A stretch of 34,444 nucleotides of DNA, taken from the NCBI RefSeq assembly GCF_001194135.2, contig NC_068992.1:8292057-8326500 (forward strand), read 5' to 3'. This DNA is from Octopus bimaculoides (taxonomy: Eukaryota). The translations under genes were made by a program, and so were the position numbers. The notes under the pieces are model-generated. The model had not been told where the DNA came from. It saw nothing but the letters and a program-made list of their open reading frames with translations, and did no database searches. Positions 1 to 10,212 of the stretch are shown piece by piece; the first letter of the stretch is position 1; each line of letters begins with the position of its first letter.

Positions 1-349
1 ATATATATATATGTATATATATGTATATATATATATGTATGTTCACATAGATATCTTGGTTTAGCAACATGAACTGTTGATTACTCTGACATGAACTGTA
101 ATACCTCAACGCCGCCTGTCGAGTTTAACACTAACCAAGCAGTAAATAGTTTCTGTAAACTCAGTATTTGTTTATATATTATGTTTACTGTTTTTTTTTT
201 ATCGTCGCTGCCGTTATTTTTCTGCTACAATCTAAAAACAAGAAACGTTTCTTTATGTATTTGTTTTCCAGATATCGTCTACATATCATTTTCTACATTG
301 AAGTTTATTTTTTTACTGTTGTAAACACTATTTATTATCGGTATAAGAA

Positions 350-738
350 TTATTATTATCATCATTATTATTATTATTTGTTGGCACTCCGTCGCTTACG
401 ACGTCGAGGGTTCCAGTTGATCCGATCAACGGAACAGCCTGCTCGTGAAATTAACGTGCAAGTGGCTGAGCACTCCACAGACACGTGTACCCTTAACGTA
501 GTTCTCGGGGATATTCAGCGTGACACAGTGTGACAAGGCTGGTCCTTTGAAATACATGTACAATAGAAACAGGAAGAAAGAGTGAGAGAAAGTTGTGGTG
601 AAATAATAATGCCGGAGCCTCGTGGAGCTTTAGGTGTTTTCGCTCAATAAACACTCACAACGCTCGGTCTGAGAATCGAAACCGCGATCCTATGACCGCG
701 AGTCCGCTGCCCTAACCACTGGGCCATTGCGCCTCCAC
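350..738 (-). mobile_element. tRNA-derived SINE family A, copy A1, with (AAT)n tail and an internal deletion
   Basis: The minus strand begins GTGGAGGCGCAATGGCCCAGTGGTTAGGGCAGCGGACTCGCGGTCATAGGATCGCGGTTTCGATTC (A box TGGCCCAGTGG, B box GGTTTCGATTC). The body aligns with four other copies in the window and ends GGAGTGCCAACAA(AAT)n. Confidence 0.9.
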
Positions 739-828
739 AGAAGTATAACTTATCTACTGCATATAAATTTTAACAACAAAATCTTTATGGGCCCCGAAGG
801 GCCATATAGACCCAGGTGAGAACCACTG
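739..828 (-). mobile_element. One end of a hAT/Charlie-like MITE
   Basis: The minus strand starts CAGTGGTTCTCA, the terminal motif of hAT-Charlie non-autonomous elements. The same ~90 bp occurs at 23283-23373. No second TIR was found. Confidence 0.5.
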
Positions 829-829
829 G

Positions 830-1240
830 ACTTGAAGAAGTATGTACCGTCATAAAGGTCATAAAACTGAATATCAGTGAAAAAGGGAACACCTGTGCTG
901 TGTTACTCTATCCAGATTACAAATTCAGGTTTATACCTGTAATTTTTGGGGACCTGGGATATGTAATACACTGCCTAAATACCAATGTTGAGAAATCAGA
1001 CTTCTCAAAACCAGAACAGAGAAAGCGAATTCGAAGACTACAGATCCAATCCATCACTGGAACTGTAAAACTTTCCAGAAGTTTATCATTGAAATATATG
1101 TATGACCATGTCTAGATATGTAACCATATGCATGAGAATACATACATAAAACATGCAAATTTGCACATACATACATACATTCTAGGTTAGACACCGGGTT
1201 TTTCTCTATTGGCAAGAAATCTTGAAATAAACTGAATAAT
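830..1240 (+). mobile_element. R4/Dong-like RLE non-LTR retrotransposon, decayed 3' fragment
   Basis: Translates EEVCTVIKV..IKLNISEKGN..LLYPDYKFRFIPVIFGDLGYV..LEK-like, the C-terminus of an RLE domain. The 3' UTR ends GAAATAAACTGAATAAT as in the copies at 13922-14555. Several internal deletions. Confidence 0.8.
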
Positions 1241-2300
1241 CACACACACANNNNNNNNNNACACACACACACACACACATGATTTGGCAAAATCTATAAA
1301 GCTTCGAATAAATATACTGAGACGTTTGGTTCATGTTTTGATTGGGAATTCGCACGGTATCGACTTCGCCATTTATTCTTTCGCAGACGATCAAATATCC
1401 ACCAGCCAAATACTGAGGTCATAGAAATTGCACACAGGGATGCCAATGTTAGAAATTATTATTATTGTTATTAATAGTCGTTGTCAAGGGCTGCTCTTTG
1501 TTCGTCTGTTTTGTCGAAGTAACACAGACACATCAATCTGATCTGCTCGCTCACCGAACACTCAGACAATGCTTCCATATAATTTTCCTGACCATTTAAT
1601 AAATAACAAAGTCGATTATTTCACAAATGTCTGTGTTATTTTGTTAGAGACAGTATTTGGTCACGGGCAACTTAACATGGCACAAGCGTGATCACAGAAT
1701 TATCACGATATTACGAAGACTGACGAAAAAGAAACATAGTAGTCAAGATAGCAAGACGATATCTTGCTGTTGTTGTTGTTGGTTACACAAATTGTGGTAA
1801 TTGAACAATTAATTTTTTTTACACTTATTTTCTTGCTTATAAGCTAGTCTATAGTAGGGGAGCGTGCCCTTACATGGTGAGATCAGTATGGATTTTCAAA
1901 AAAATTATAAGCATGTCTGGAGAAGAAGGACTGAGATCGGTTTGGCTGATGCTGAATTTGATCAACGTTGAGATCAATATCTGGAGGGAAAACGTGGGTA
2001 GGAAGGGAAACGATGATATAACCGGAACGTTTACAAGAAAATGAACTCCAATAACGGCAATCAAGTGCTGGCATTAAATGGAGTGGTGCATCAGGGTTAT
2101 CATAGAGTCGCAGTGTGAAACAGAATGCTTTACGATTGCCACGTCATTTTCCATTCTACATTTGAATCCCTCTGAATGTGATTTTACTTTTCATTGTTCT
2201 GGAGTTGGTAAAATAAGCAATATCGGATAGGATAATTTAAATCGACTATGCCCGCCCTCAAAATGTACCCGACCTTAGAAATCATTTATACCACCACCAA

Positions 2301-2503
2301 CAACAAATCGCTTCAAATTTTGAGAATTTCGGCGTAAGGGATAAGTCGATTACATCAACCCCAGTGCTCAACAGGTACTTATTTCATCAACCCCGAAAGG
2401 ATGAAAGGCAAAATCGACCTCGGCGGAATTTGAACTCAGAACGTAAAGACGGCCGCGAAGCATTTTGCCCGGCCTGCTAGCGATCCTGTCAGATCGCCCC
2501 CTT
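2301..2503 (-). mobile_element. SINE family B copy
   Basis: Reverse complement of the TTCTGAGTTCAAATTCCGCCGAGGTCGA..TTTGCCTTTCATCCTTTCGGGG core shared by many copies in the window. Confidence 0.85.
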
Positions 2504-2514
2504 CAATAATAATT

Positions 2515-2630
2515 ACAAGGCTTTGGTCGGCCCGAGGCTACAGTAAAAGACACTTGCCCGAGATGCCACGCAGTGGGACTGAACGCGGAACCATGTGGTT
2601 GGGAAGCAAGCTTCTTACCACACACCTACG
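2515..2630 (-). mobile_element. SINE family C, 5' fragment (CORE-like box)
   Basis: Minus strand GTGTGGTAAGAAGCTTGCTTCCCAACCACATGGTTCCGCGTTCAGTCCCACTGCGTGGCATCTCGGGCAAGTGTCTT. Aligns with 20230-20372 and 18483-18620. Confidence 0.85.
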
Positions 2631-2822
2631 TATATGTATATGCATATATATAAATGTATGCTTGTATATATACATCTGTCTACCTATCTATCTATCTATT
2701 TCTTCATATATATATATATATATATGTGTGTGAGAAAGTTGGTATGTGAAAGCACGTGGTTGGATGTATAAAAGATAATAAGAGTGAAAAAACTACAGAA
2801 GGCTTGTGTTACTTGGTTAAAG

Positions 2823-2970
2823 TATATATTTAAATTATGTCAGAAAAATGTTAGAAAAATGTTATAAAATCTTTTTGGTATATAAACATTGTATATATAC
2901 CAAATGTTTATATACCAAAAAGATTTTATAACATTTTTCTAACATTTTTCTGACATAATTTAAATATATA
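2823..2970. repeat. Perfect inverted repeat, 68-bp arms with a 12-bp spacer
   Basis: 2823-2890 is the exact reverse complement of 2903-2970 (checked base by base). The spacer is GTATATATACCA and the right arm ends at the gap. Confidence 0.95.
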
Positions 2971-3547
2971 NNNNNNNNNNNNNNNNNNNNNNNNNNNNNN
3001 NNNNNNNNNNNNNNNNNNNNNNNNNNNNNNNNNNNNNNNNNNNNNNNNNNNNNNNNNNNNNNNNNNNNNNNNNNNNNNNNNNNNNNNNNNNNNNNNNNNN
3101 NNNNNNNNNNNNNNNNNNNNNNNNNNNNNNNNNNNNNNNNNNNNNNNNNNNNNNNNNNNNNNNNNNNNNNNNNNNNNNNNNNNNNNNNNNNNNNNNNNNN
3201 NNNNNNNNNNNNNNNNNNNNNNNNNNNNNNNNNNNNNNNNNNNNNNNNNNNNNNNNNNNNNNNNNNNNNNNNNNNNNNNNNNNNNNNNNNNNNNNNNNNN
3301 NNNNNNNNNNNNNNNNNNNNNNNNNNNNNNNNNNNNNNNNNNNNNNNNNNNNNNNNNNNNNNNNNNNNNNNNNNNNNNNNNNNNNNNNNNNNNNNNNNNN
3401 NNNNNNNNNNNNNNNNNNNNNNNNNNNNNNNNNNNNNNNNNNNNNNNNNNNNNNNNNNNNNNNNNNNNNNNNNNNNNNNNNNNNNNNNNNNNNNNNNNNN
3501 NNNNNNNNNNNNNNNNNNNNNNNNNNNNNNNNNNNNNNNNNNNNNNN
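2971..3547. other. Assembly gap. Others at 1251-1260, 5564-6110, 13489-13498, 17219-17534, 23713-24313, 32577-32896
   Basis: Runs of N. The long X-filled ORFs in the track are artefacts of these gaps. Confidence 1.
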
Positions 3548-3657
3548 GTATATACATACACATTTGTAGATGTGCACAAATGAACGTGGACAGCATACCT
3601 AATACACACGCGCATGAGTATAGTGTATATATGTATTTATTTGCTTAAGTTCGGGTG

Positions 3658-3698
<41 letters not shown>

Positions 3699-3785
3699 AA
3701 TCATTCACCCTTCACATTTTTACACTCCATCTTGATATTTCCTGTTGCATATGTTGAACAAGACATCATGTAGACAGTAGCTTAC

Positions 3786-3941
3786 CTGCAGCAAAACGTA
3801 CCCATCTTGCCAAGATGATTATGATTATGATGATGATGATGCTGATGATGGTGATGGTGGTTGCGGTGGTGATGATGGTGATGAAGAGGAGGGGGAGAAT
3901 TCATATCAACCCTTTCACTTCAATAGAGAGAGGAAGTTGTA
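3786..3941 (-). CDS. Candidate first coding exon with a poly-His tract (MNSPPPLH6RNH5QH5NHNHLGKMGTFCC)
   Basis: Acceptor TTATTTCAG| at 3942-3943 and donor CAG|GTAAGC at 3785. The ATG at 3904 has an in-frame stop upstream. No homology recognised, and a (CAT)n microsatellite could explain it. Confidence 0.22.
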
Positions 3942-4164
3942 CTGAAATAATGCACTGACATATAACAGTTCATCTTTTCAACGCCCTCTTCAACAATCCT
4001 CTTCTTCATCCTACACCTCTTACCCCGCCCTCCACCACCACCTTCCACTCCTCCATTATGTGCAAGTGTCTGCATAAGTGCATTTCATTCATGGCAGTAT
4101 TATGTTACCTGTTTATGCAAGTGCGTGTGCATCTGTGTGCACCAATGTGCATTTGTATAACTTA

Positions 4165-4243
4165 TCTTTTACTTGTTTCACTCATTGGAAATGGCCTCTT
4201 ATGAGGGACCACCTTCAAGGGATTTGGTCGAATATAATTGACA
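4165..4243 (-). mobile_element. SINE family C, degenerate 3' fragment
   Basis: TCTTTTACTTGTTTCACTCATTGGA...CACCACCTTCAAGGGATTTGGTCGAA resembles the reverse complement of the family C tail at 11270-11327 and 18830-18912. Confidence 0.55.
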
Positions 4244-4244
4244 C

Positions 4245-4304
4245 ATACATAAGGGGAGAATTCACAAAAAACCCCCCAAAAGACGAAGACGGGTGGTGTA
4301 GACA
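4245..4304 (-). mobile_element. Penelope-associated terminal fragment
   Basis: Minus strand GTCTACACCACCCGTCTTCGTCTTTT matches CCTACACTCGTCTTCGTCTTTG at about 6138-6160. Confidence 0.45.
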
Positions 4305-4342
4305 TATACATATACATATATATATATATATGTACAAGCAAT

Positions 4343-4392
<50 letters not shown>

Positions 4393-4416
4393 CACATACA
4401 TAGGTACAGATACATG

Positions 4417-4448
<32 letters not shown>

Positions 4449-4603
4449 CACTATTTGTATACAAAAATATATATATTAATGCATGTATTGTGTTGGTATA
4501 TGCGTGAGTATGCATATGTATGCATGCGCATATATATAGTGCATAAATGTATGTATGAATATATACATATATATATATATATACATATACATATACACAT
4601 GTA

Positions 4604-4642
<39 letters not shown>

Positions 4643-4720
4643 GAACATACATATATACACACTAGGCGCACGCACACACCCACACGCAAACATACCCACT
4701 CATATATATATATATATAAT
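4305..4720. repeat. Compound (AT)n/(AC)n microsatellite
   Basis: Directly visible dinucleotide arrays. Confidence 0.95.
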
Positions 4721-5228
4721 ATATTCATGCACACATGGATGTATATTTCTCATGTATGAGATAATTAGAAACTAAAATATTTTACAGTAAATTAATTAAT
4801 TTGCTAATGAAGTAGAATATTCCATAGAGAACGCACATACCATTTAAATGGGGAAGATGTATCATAAACACGCATGCTTGACATCATTGATGCATTTAAT
4901 TGTTGTATAACTCTGTGTTGAGGGAATCTATAGTTGACCGCCCAATCTGCATGAAATAACAGCCAAATCTTTCAAATCGCATTCTTTCATCTGAAGAAAC
5001 TGGTTTAATCAGTAAAATTTAGCAAAGAGACGTTAATATAAAATTAAATGGTTGTTAAGAAGTGTATGTTGTTTTGGGAGTACCACTTGTCACCAGGGTC
5101 GGCGCTAGGAAATGCGTGGCCCAATGAGAGAACTATCAGTAGGGCCCTCTTCTCTACAAAAGCTGAAGATTGATGTATTATGTTTCGTGTAATTCGTCAG
5201 TCCCAGCCACGAGTGTTGAGGGCTTAAG

Positions 5229-6185
5229 GTCATTTACTGCATCTTCTGCTCTCTCTGCCCTTCCCTATACATTGGTCAAATGTGACGCCGCTTGGCTAAC
5301 CGGTTTGCAGAATACCTTCGGAACATCAGTTTCGGCAATGACACCCCGGTCTCGGGCCATTTCCACTCTACCGGTCATTCGCTACAACATCCGTCTGTGT
5401 TCGGATTGTCTCTGGATAGTGGCCGCCCGGACTTCCGCCTTCGCCGTGAACAAGAATTAATCTTCTCTCTTCGTTCCTTTGCGTCACAATGGGTTCAACT
5501 CACCTCCTCTCTTCATCTGACACCAACCTCAACTCCTCTCGTCATTTGACACCAATCCCACACNNNNNNNNNNNNNNNNNNNNNNNNNNNNNNNNNNNNN
5601 NNNNNNNNNNNNNNNNNNNNNNNNNNNNNNNNNNNNNNNNNNNNNNNNNNNNNNNNNNNNNNNNNNNNNNNNNNNNNNNNNNNNNNNNNNNNNNNNNNNN
5701 NNNNNNNNNNNNNNNNNNNNNNNNNNNNNNNNNNNNNNNNNNNNNNNNNNNNNNNNNNNNNNNNNNNNNNNNNNNNNNNNNNNNNNNNNNNNNNNNNNNN
5801 NNNNNNNNNNNNNNNNNNNNNNNNNNNNNNNNNNNNNNNNNNNNNNNNNNNNNNNNNNNNNNNNNNNNNNNNNNNNNNNNNNNNNNNNNNNNNNNNNNNN
5901 NNNNNNNNNNNNNNNNNNNNNNNNNNNNNNNNNNNNNNNNNNNNNNNNNNNNNNNNNNNNNNNNNNNNNNNNNNNNNNNNNNNNNNNNNNNNNNNNNNNN
6001 NNNNNNNNNNNNNNNNNNNNNNNNNNNNNNNNNNNNNNNNNNNNNNNNNNNNNNNNNNNNNNNNNNNNNNNNNNNNNNNNNNNNNNNNNNNNNNNNNNNN
6101 NNNNNNNNNNGTCAAACTAATACACTTGCTTGTTGTTCCTACACTCGTCTTCGTCTTTGTTTTTCTATAAATTTGAACTATATAT
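5229..6185 (+). mobile_element. Penelope-like element 3' remnant: GIY-YIG endonuclease plus terminus, spanning a gap
   Basis: The frame from 5229 reads VIYCIFCSLCPSLYIGQM*RRLANRFAEYLRNI..PVSGHF..GHS..R.RREQELIF.L, with a frameshifted NGFN. This is the PLE GIY-YIG signature. The sequence after the gap (6111-6185) resembles the terminus at 33459-33528. Confidence 0.8.
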
Positions 6186-6873
6186 TATATAACTTAATAT
6201 AAATGTCTTCGAAATTTAGCTGACTCAATCACCAGTATCAAACTCACATACGATATGAACATTTATATAATTTGTGCATGCATCATTGTGCTTGCTTATG
6301 TAACAACATGGAGAGGAAGCAGGAAATATTCTGCTTCTATGGCGCCATGTGTAATGTATTCTGAAGCTTCACTCACAGTATGTGGGTTTAATTGGGTTGC
6401 GCGCAGTAGATACATTTTAGCTGAAAAGCAGTGATAATCAATCGTACTTGACTGATACCAAACTGTTAGTTAATTTACTGAATTAGAAACAAAGTTTCAT
6501 GTCTCTAATTGTCAAGTTTTCAATTAGCTGGAAAACATTTACTCTTTACATTGAATTAATTAAAACTAAACAGGTGGCATATCTTCGCGAAAGCTATAAT
6601 CGATATAAGCATTTAGAAGTTTCTACATTTACCCAAAGAAGATAAAGTCAACCATTTAAGAATTTGAACTCGTAACAAAGAGAGTCGCAGCATAAATACG
6701 GCCTCAAAGCCTTTTGACGTTGTTCTGTCAGTTCACATCATTTAATATTTTAAAGTGATTTCGTTTACACCAGTAAAATGCAAATTTCATATCTTTTTCC
6801 TCTCATTACACTTCTTCCTCGCTTGGATTTATTTCCTTTCTCCTCTTTCTACCTCGATCGTTTTTAGTTATAG

Positions 6874-7315
6874 GTAAGTCGGCGAGCTTTCAGAAACGTT
6901 AGCTGCCGGATAAAGAAATAAGAAACGTTAGCTGCCGGGCGAAATGCTTAGCAGTATTTCGTCTGCCGTTACATTCTGAGTTCAAATTCCGCCGAGGTCG
7001 ACTTTGCCTTTCATCCTTTCGATGTCGATAAATTAAGTACCAGTTACGCACAGCGGTCGATGTAATCGATTTAATTTGTCTGTCCCTGTTTGTCCCCCCT
7101 CTATGTTTAGCCCCTTGTGGGCAATAAAGAAATAAGAAACGTTAGCACGCCGGGCGAAATGCTTAACGGTATTTCATCTGTCTTTATGTTCTGGGTTCAA
7201 ATTCCGCCGAAGTCGACTATGACTTTCACACTTTCGGGGTCGATAAATTAAGTACCAGTTGTGTACTGGGGTCGATCTAATTGACTCTCCGAAAATTTCG
7301 GGCCTTGTACCTAGA
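6874..7315 (+). mobile_element. SINE family B head-to-tail multimer with a 14-bp TSD
   Basis: A head stub (6874-6910), a near-full unit (6922-7135) and a second unit (7136-7315). GTTTTTAGTTATAG occurs at both 6860-6873 and 7316-7329. Confidence 0.9.
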
Positions 7316-7627
7316 GTTTTTAGTTATAGATTCAATATAATCGACACTTTTGCTTCAACATATTTTTTGGTTATCTTAATATACTTAATATTTCTCTAAA
7401 TTCTTTGTGATCATTTTTATTGCTATTGTTGCTTTTGCTGATGTTATTCCATTCTTATCAATTCTACATGGAGAAAAAAGATTAGCTTTTCTATTTTTTC
7501 TTTGCTTTTATTGTTTTTTTTTCTTCTTCTTTTAGTCTAAAAGTTGTTGTAAAGATGAATAGAACAAAAATATGAATTTTTTTAGGCCGACGTTTTTGTA
7601 CTTCTAGACAGATCGATATAGATTACA

Positions 7628-7702
7628 TAATAATAATAATAATAATGATAATAATAATAATAATAATAATAATTATTGTTATTATTATTGTTGTTGTTGT
7701 TG
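7628..7702. repeat. (AAT)n to (ATT)n to (GTT)n microsatellite
   Basis: Directly visible. Confidence 0.95.
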
Positions 7703-7789
7703 CCATAGCTAGACGTGTAGTTTTGGAGCGCTGTAAGTTTATGACTAATTCACTTGTTTTACAAGGGTCTATACTGTATTTTGTTGGTT

Positions 7790-8665
7790 AAATCGTTTTG
7801 CACGCCAGTCGCCATTCGGGAGTGGGGTGGGGGCTGACGTTTGTTAACCGAAGCCCCATTTATTGGAGGGCAAGATCGACGACGTACTCTGAGAGATCCT
7901 GGACGTCGAGGGGGATCAACTGGCTGGTCTCTTCCGGGGGACTTTTGGGCCAGGAACTATGGATAACTTTCAGAAATCCCTGGTCTGGCAGTGCAACCGG
8001 GGCGGGGGGGGGGTCGCTGCCGGTTCGATATAAACTCTACGGGTACGGGTGTACAGTCAGACGAGCTTGTCCGAGATACACGTAGAGTGATGAAACCGTT
8101 CTGCACGCTCTCGTACAGTGTCCGCACACAGGACGGATTCGGCTATCGTCAGAGTCCATTGTGAAAATCGCCCCGCCTCCTTCATTTGGCAGGGAAAGGA
8201 TGACAGTTTTTCTGTCTGGTGACTATGACAAAATTGAAAGGTTTGAAGACGGATACCTTACTCTTTGGCCAAGAACTCATTGATTTTTTCAGATTCAACC
8301 TGAAAAGGAAATTGAGGCTGGAGAGGGGGGTACTGTCACCCAGTAAGTTCGTTAAAAGGTGGGTGAATGTGGCAAGAATGGCCCACGTGAATGGGCCTGC
8401 TCTAAGTGTGCGCCTGTAAGCCGGTGGAAGGGAGAAGAGAGGGTGCCATCCTGAGGAGCCTTTGATGTTAAGGGATCCAAAGTGCGTGAGGTCTCTTTGG
8501 TCACTTTATGGTGGAACTCCCCCTTATTGGGGAAGCCTATTGTTGATTTAATCTCTTTGTTAATCGTGTTTTTTCTTTTGGCTGTTTACACGTTTCACCT
8601 CACTGTCCTTCGTCTATGTATTGTCCTCTATGTTTTGTGTTCGACCCTGATGGCCAATAAAGAAA
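7790..8665 (+). mobile_element. Tx1/L1-like LINE, 5'-truncated 3' end with stops and frameshifts
   Basis: GC-rich island. Reads FQKSLVWQC..SLPVRYKL..CPRYT*SDETVLHALVQC, a CX2CX8HX4C knuckle at 8068-8121 with C>Y. The C-terminus ..KFVKRWVNVARM..RL* ends at 8419. The 3' UTR has AATAAA at 8656 followed by (ATT)n. Confidence 0.8.
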
Positions 8666-8667
8666 CA

Positions 8668-8714
<47 letters not shown>

Positions 8715-8740
8715 CGTCATCATCTTTATCATTATTTTAT
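8668..8740. repeat. (ATT)n microsatellite
   Basis: Directly visible, immediately after the Tx1-like 3' end. Confidence 0.95.
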
Positions 8741-9134
8741 TTCTTTTAGAGTTGCCAGCAACAACGTATTCATACGAGCTCGTGAGTTTTTGAAAAGTTA
8801 TCGGATTACTTGCCAAATTGGATGTTTTTTGTGTCGTTTTAGAGTGGAGCCGTACCATAGAGAGGTAAGGAGGTTTTTTCTTGACTTTTTCATTTCCCAC
8901 CGTTTGCCCACGTTCTTGCAATTTCGTCTGGACACTTACCCTTGGAACTCAGAGTATTCTTGGATCTATGAGATTCTTTGGTTACTCTTAGACTGCTCTC
9001 TTCTAGGGTGCTAATGGAATTTTGTAGTGTATTCTTTTTCTGTTTTATTTTCTTCCTACATCATTCATTATCAATTTAAGTCTCCACACTTTTTGTATCC
9101 ACTTCGCGTAATGTCTTTCTCATCCATTTTACAA

Positions 9135-9562
9135 AGTGGCGGATGACATAATCGGTAGAATATTGAACTAAGTACCTTGTAGTATTTGGTCCAGTTGTTT
9201 ACGATCTGTGATCAATTCCAGTCGTGACCATCTTTGCTTTTCATCTCTCTGGGTTAGTTAGATAAAATAACTACCAATGAAGCCAATATAAGCCACCATC
9301 CCCTCCTACAAAAATGTTTGAACTTGTTTCTATGTTCGAAATCAGAGGGAGATGGATTGGTAGAATAGTTACAGTATCGTTACAAAATATCTCACGGTAC
9401 TCGGTACAGCCCTTTGCATCCTGAGTTCAAATCTCACCAAGATTATAATTTCCTTTCATCCTTCCGGTGTTAATAAAAGAAACCACCGGTGTACTAGCGG
9501 CGTCGATATAATCTTCTAACACCTCCCAATTATTTCTGGCCTTCGGCCAATATTAGAAACGA
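9135..9562 (+). mobile_element. Two strongly decayed family B-like SINEs
   Basis: Residual CTGAGTTCAAAT and CCTTTCATCCTTCCGG (about 9421-9467), plus CTTTGCTTTTCATC..GATAAAATAACTACCA (about 9233-9277). Confidence 0.55.
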
Positions 9563-10212
9563 TTCTATTATTATGAGTGTAGAGCATGATAGAAACGGTA
9601 AGGGAATAAACAAAACGCTTTGCTGTACCATGTCTTCATGATTCTCTTGAAAATTATTTATCTATTATTTTGTTATTTATTTTATAAAGTTAAATTTAGT
9701 TTTTGGAATTTACGCGCCTGAAGAAATTCAATATTTTAATTCTAGACGGAATATCTTTCACACCGTTCCACCTCGCCTCTCTCCACCCCTGTCCCCCTCT
9801 CCACCCCTGCCACCTCTCTCTCTCATTTTCATCTCACATGCTCAAACTATGTATACACATATATACACACTTGCCACACAATACGATAAACAGTCGTTTC
9901 TAAATATACATACATACACGCATACATATATACAAGTATAATATATATATATATATTTATAAATGCAAATACATACACACACTCTGGATAGGGTGTAAGA
10001 TCTTGAAAAACACCTGGGTTTTCTAATATGAAAATGTACAAAAGACGCTATTCCGTTGAGTTCTATGGAATTTTATTATAGCTCGATGTTTGGTTAAGAA
10101 TGGTGAGGGTGGTGCTTCGAAGGAATTATACAGTAAAATTCGATATTTCTATGTCATTCTTCAATACCTTTTAAGATTATCGAATTAAATACACCCTCTT
10201 TTTATAATGTTG

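Noticed and set aside
658-738. tRNA-like sequences (also at 23374 and 25960)
   Set aside because: These are SINE heads with A and B boxes, no complete cloverleaf and attached SINE bodies. They are not tRNA genes.
1318-1412. Minus-strand exon-like segment (FGWWIFDRLRKNKWRSRYR or YLAGGYLIVCERINGEVD)
   Set aside because: Weak donor, two alternative open frames, no recognised homology, and the phase does not fit the 3786 candidate.
1520-1638. 11-bp inverted repeat TAACACAGACA / TGTCTGTGTTA
   Set aside because: Short arms with a 97-bp spacer; compatible with chance.
1870-2130. Overlapping short minus-strand ORFs in slightly GC-richer DNA
   Set aside because: All frames from the nearest acceptor hit stops and no motif could be named.
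2862-3615. Long ORFs of 200-244 aa here and at 5489-6202, 17188-17652, 23646-24381 and 32377-33057
   Set aside because: They are open only because they cross N runs.
4215-4775. ORFs rich in YI, CV, HT or ER dipeptides (also near 16905, 19239 and 26858-27422)
   Set aside because: Translations of dinucleotide and tetranucleotide microsatellites.
5094-5148. CAGGGTCGGCGCTAGG, a possible hAT-type terminus
   Set aside because: Single short motif with no partner end or TSD.
5181-5200. CTGACGA..GAAACAT on the minus strand (a similar string occurs near 1721)
   Set aside because: No stem II and no stem I, so not a credible hammerhead.
6911-7146. Repeated 22-mer and other recurring motifs as a possible CRISPR array
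   Set aside because: Eukaryotic context, only two copies, and the intervening sequence is a SINE body.
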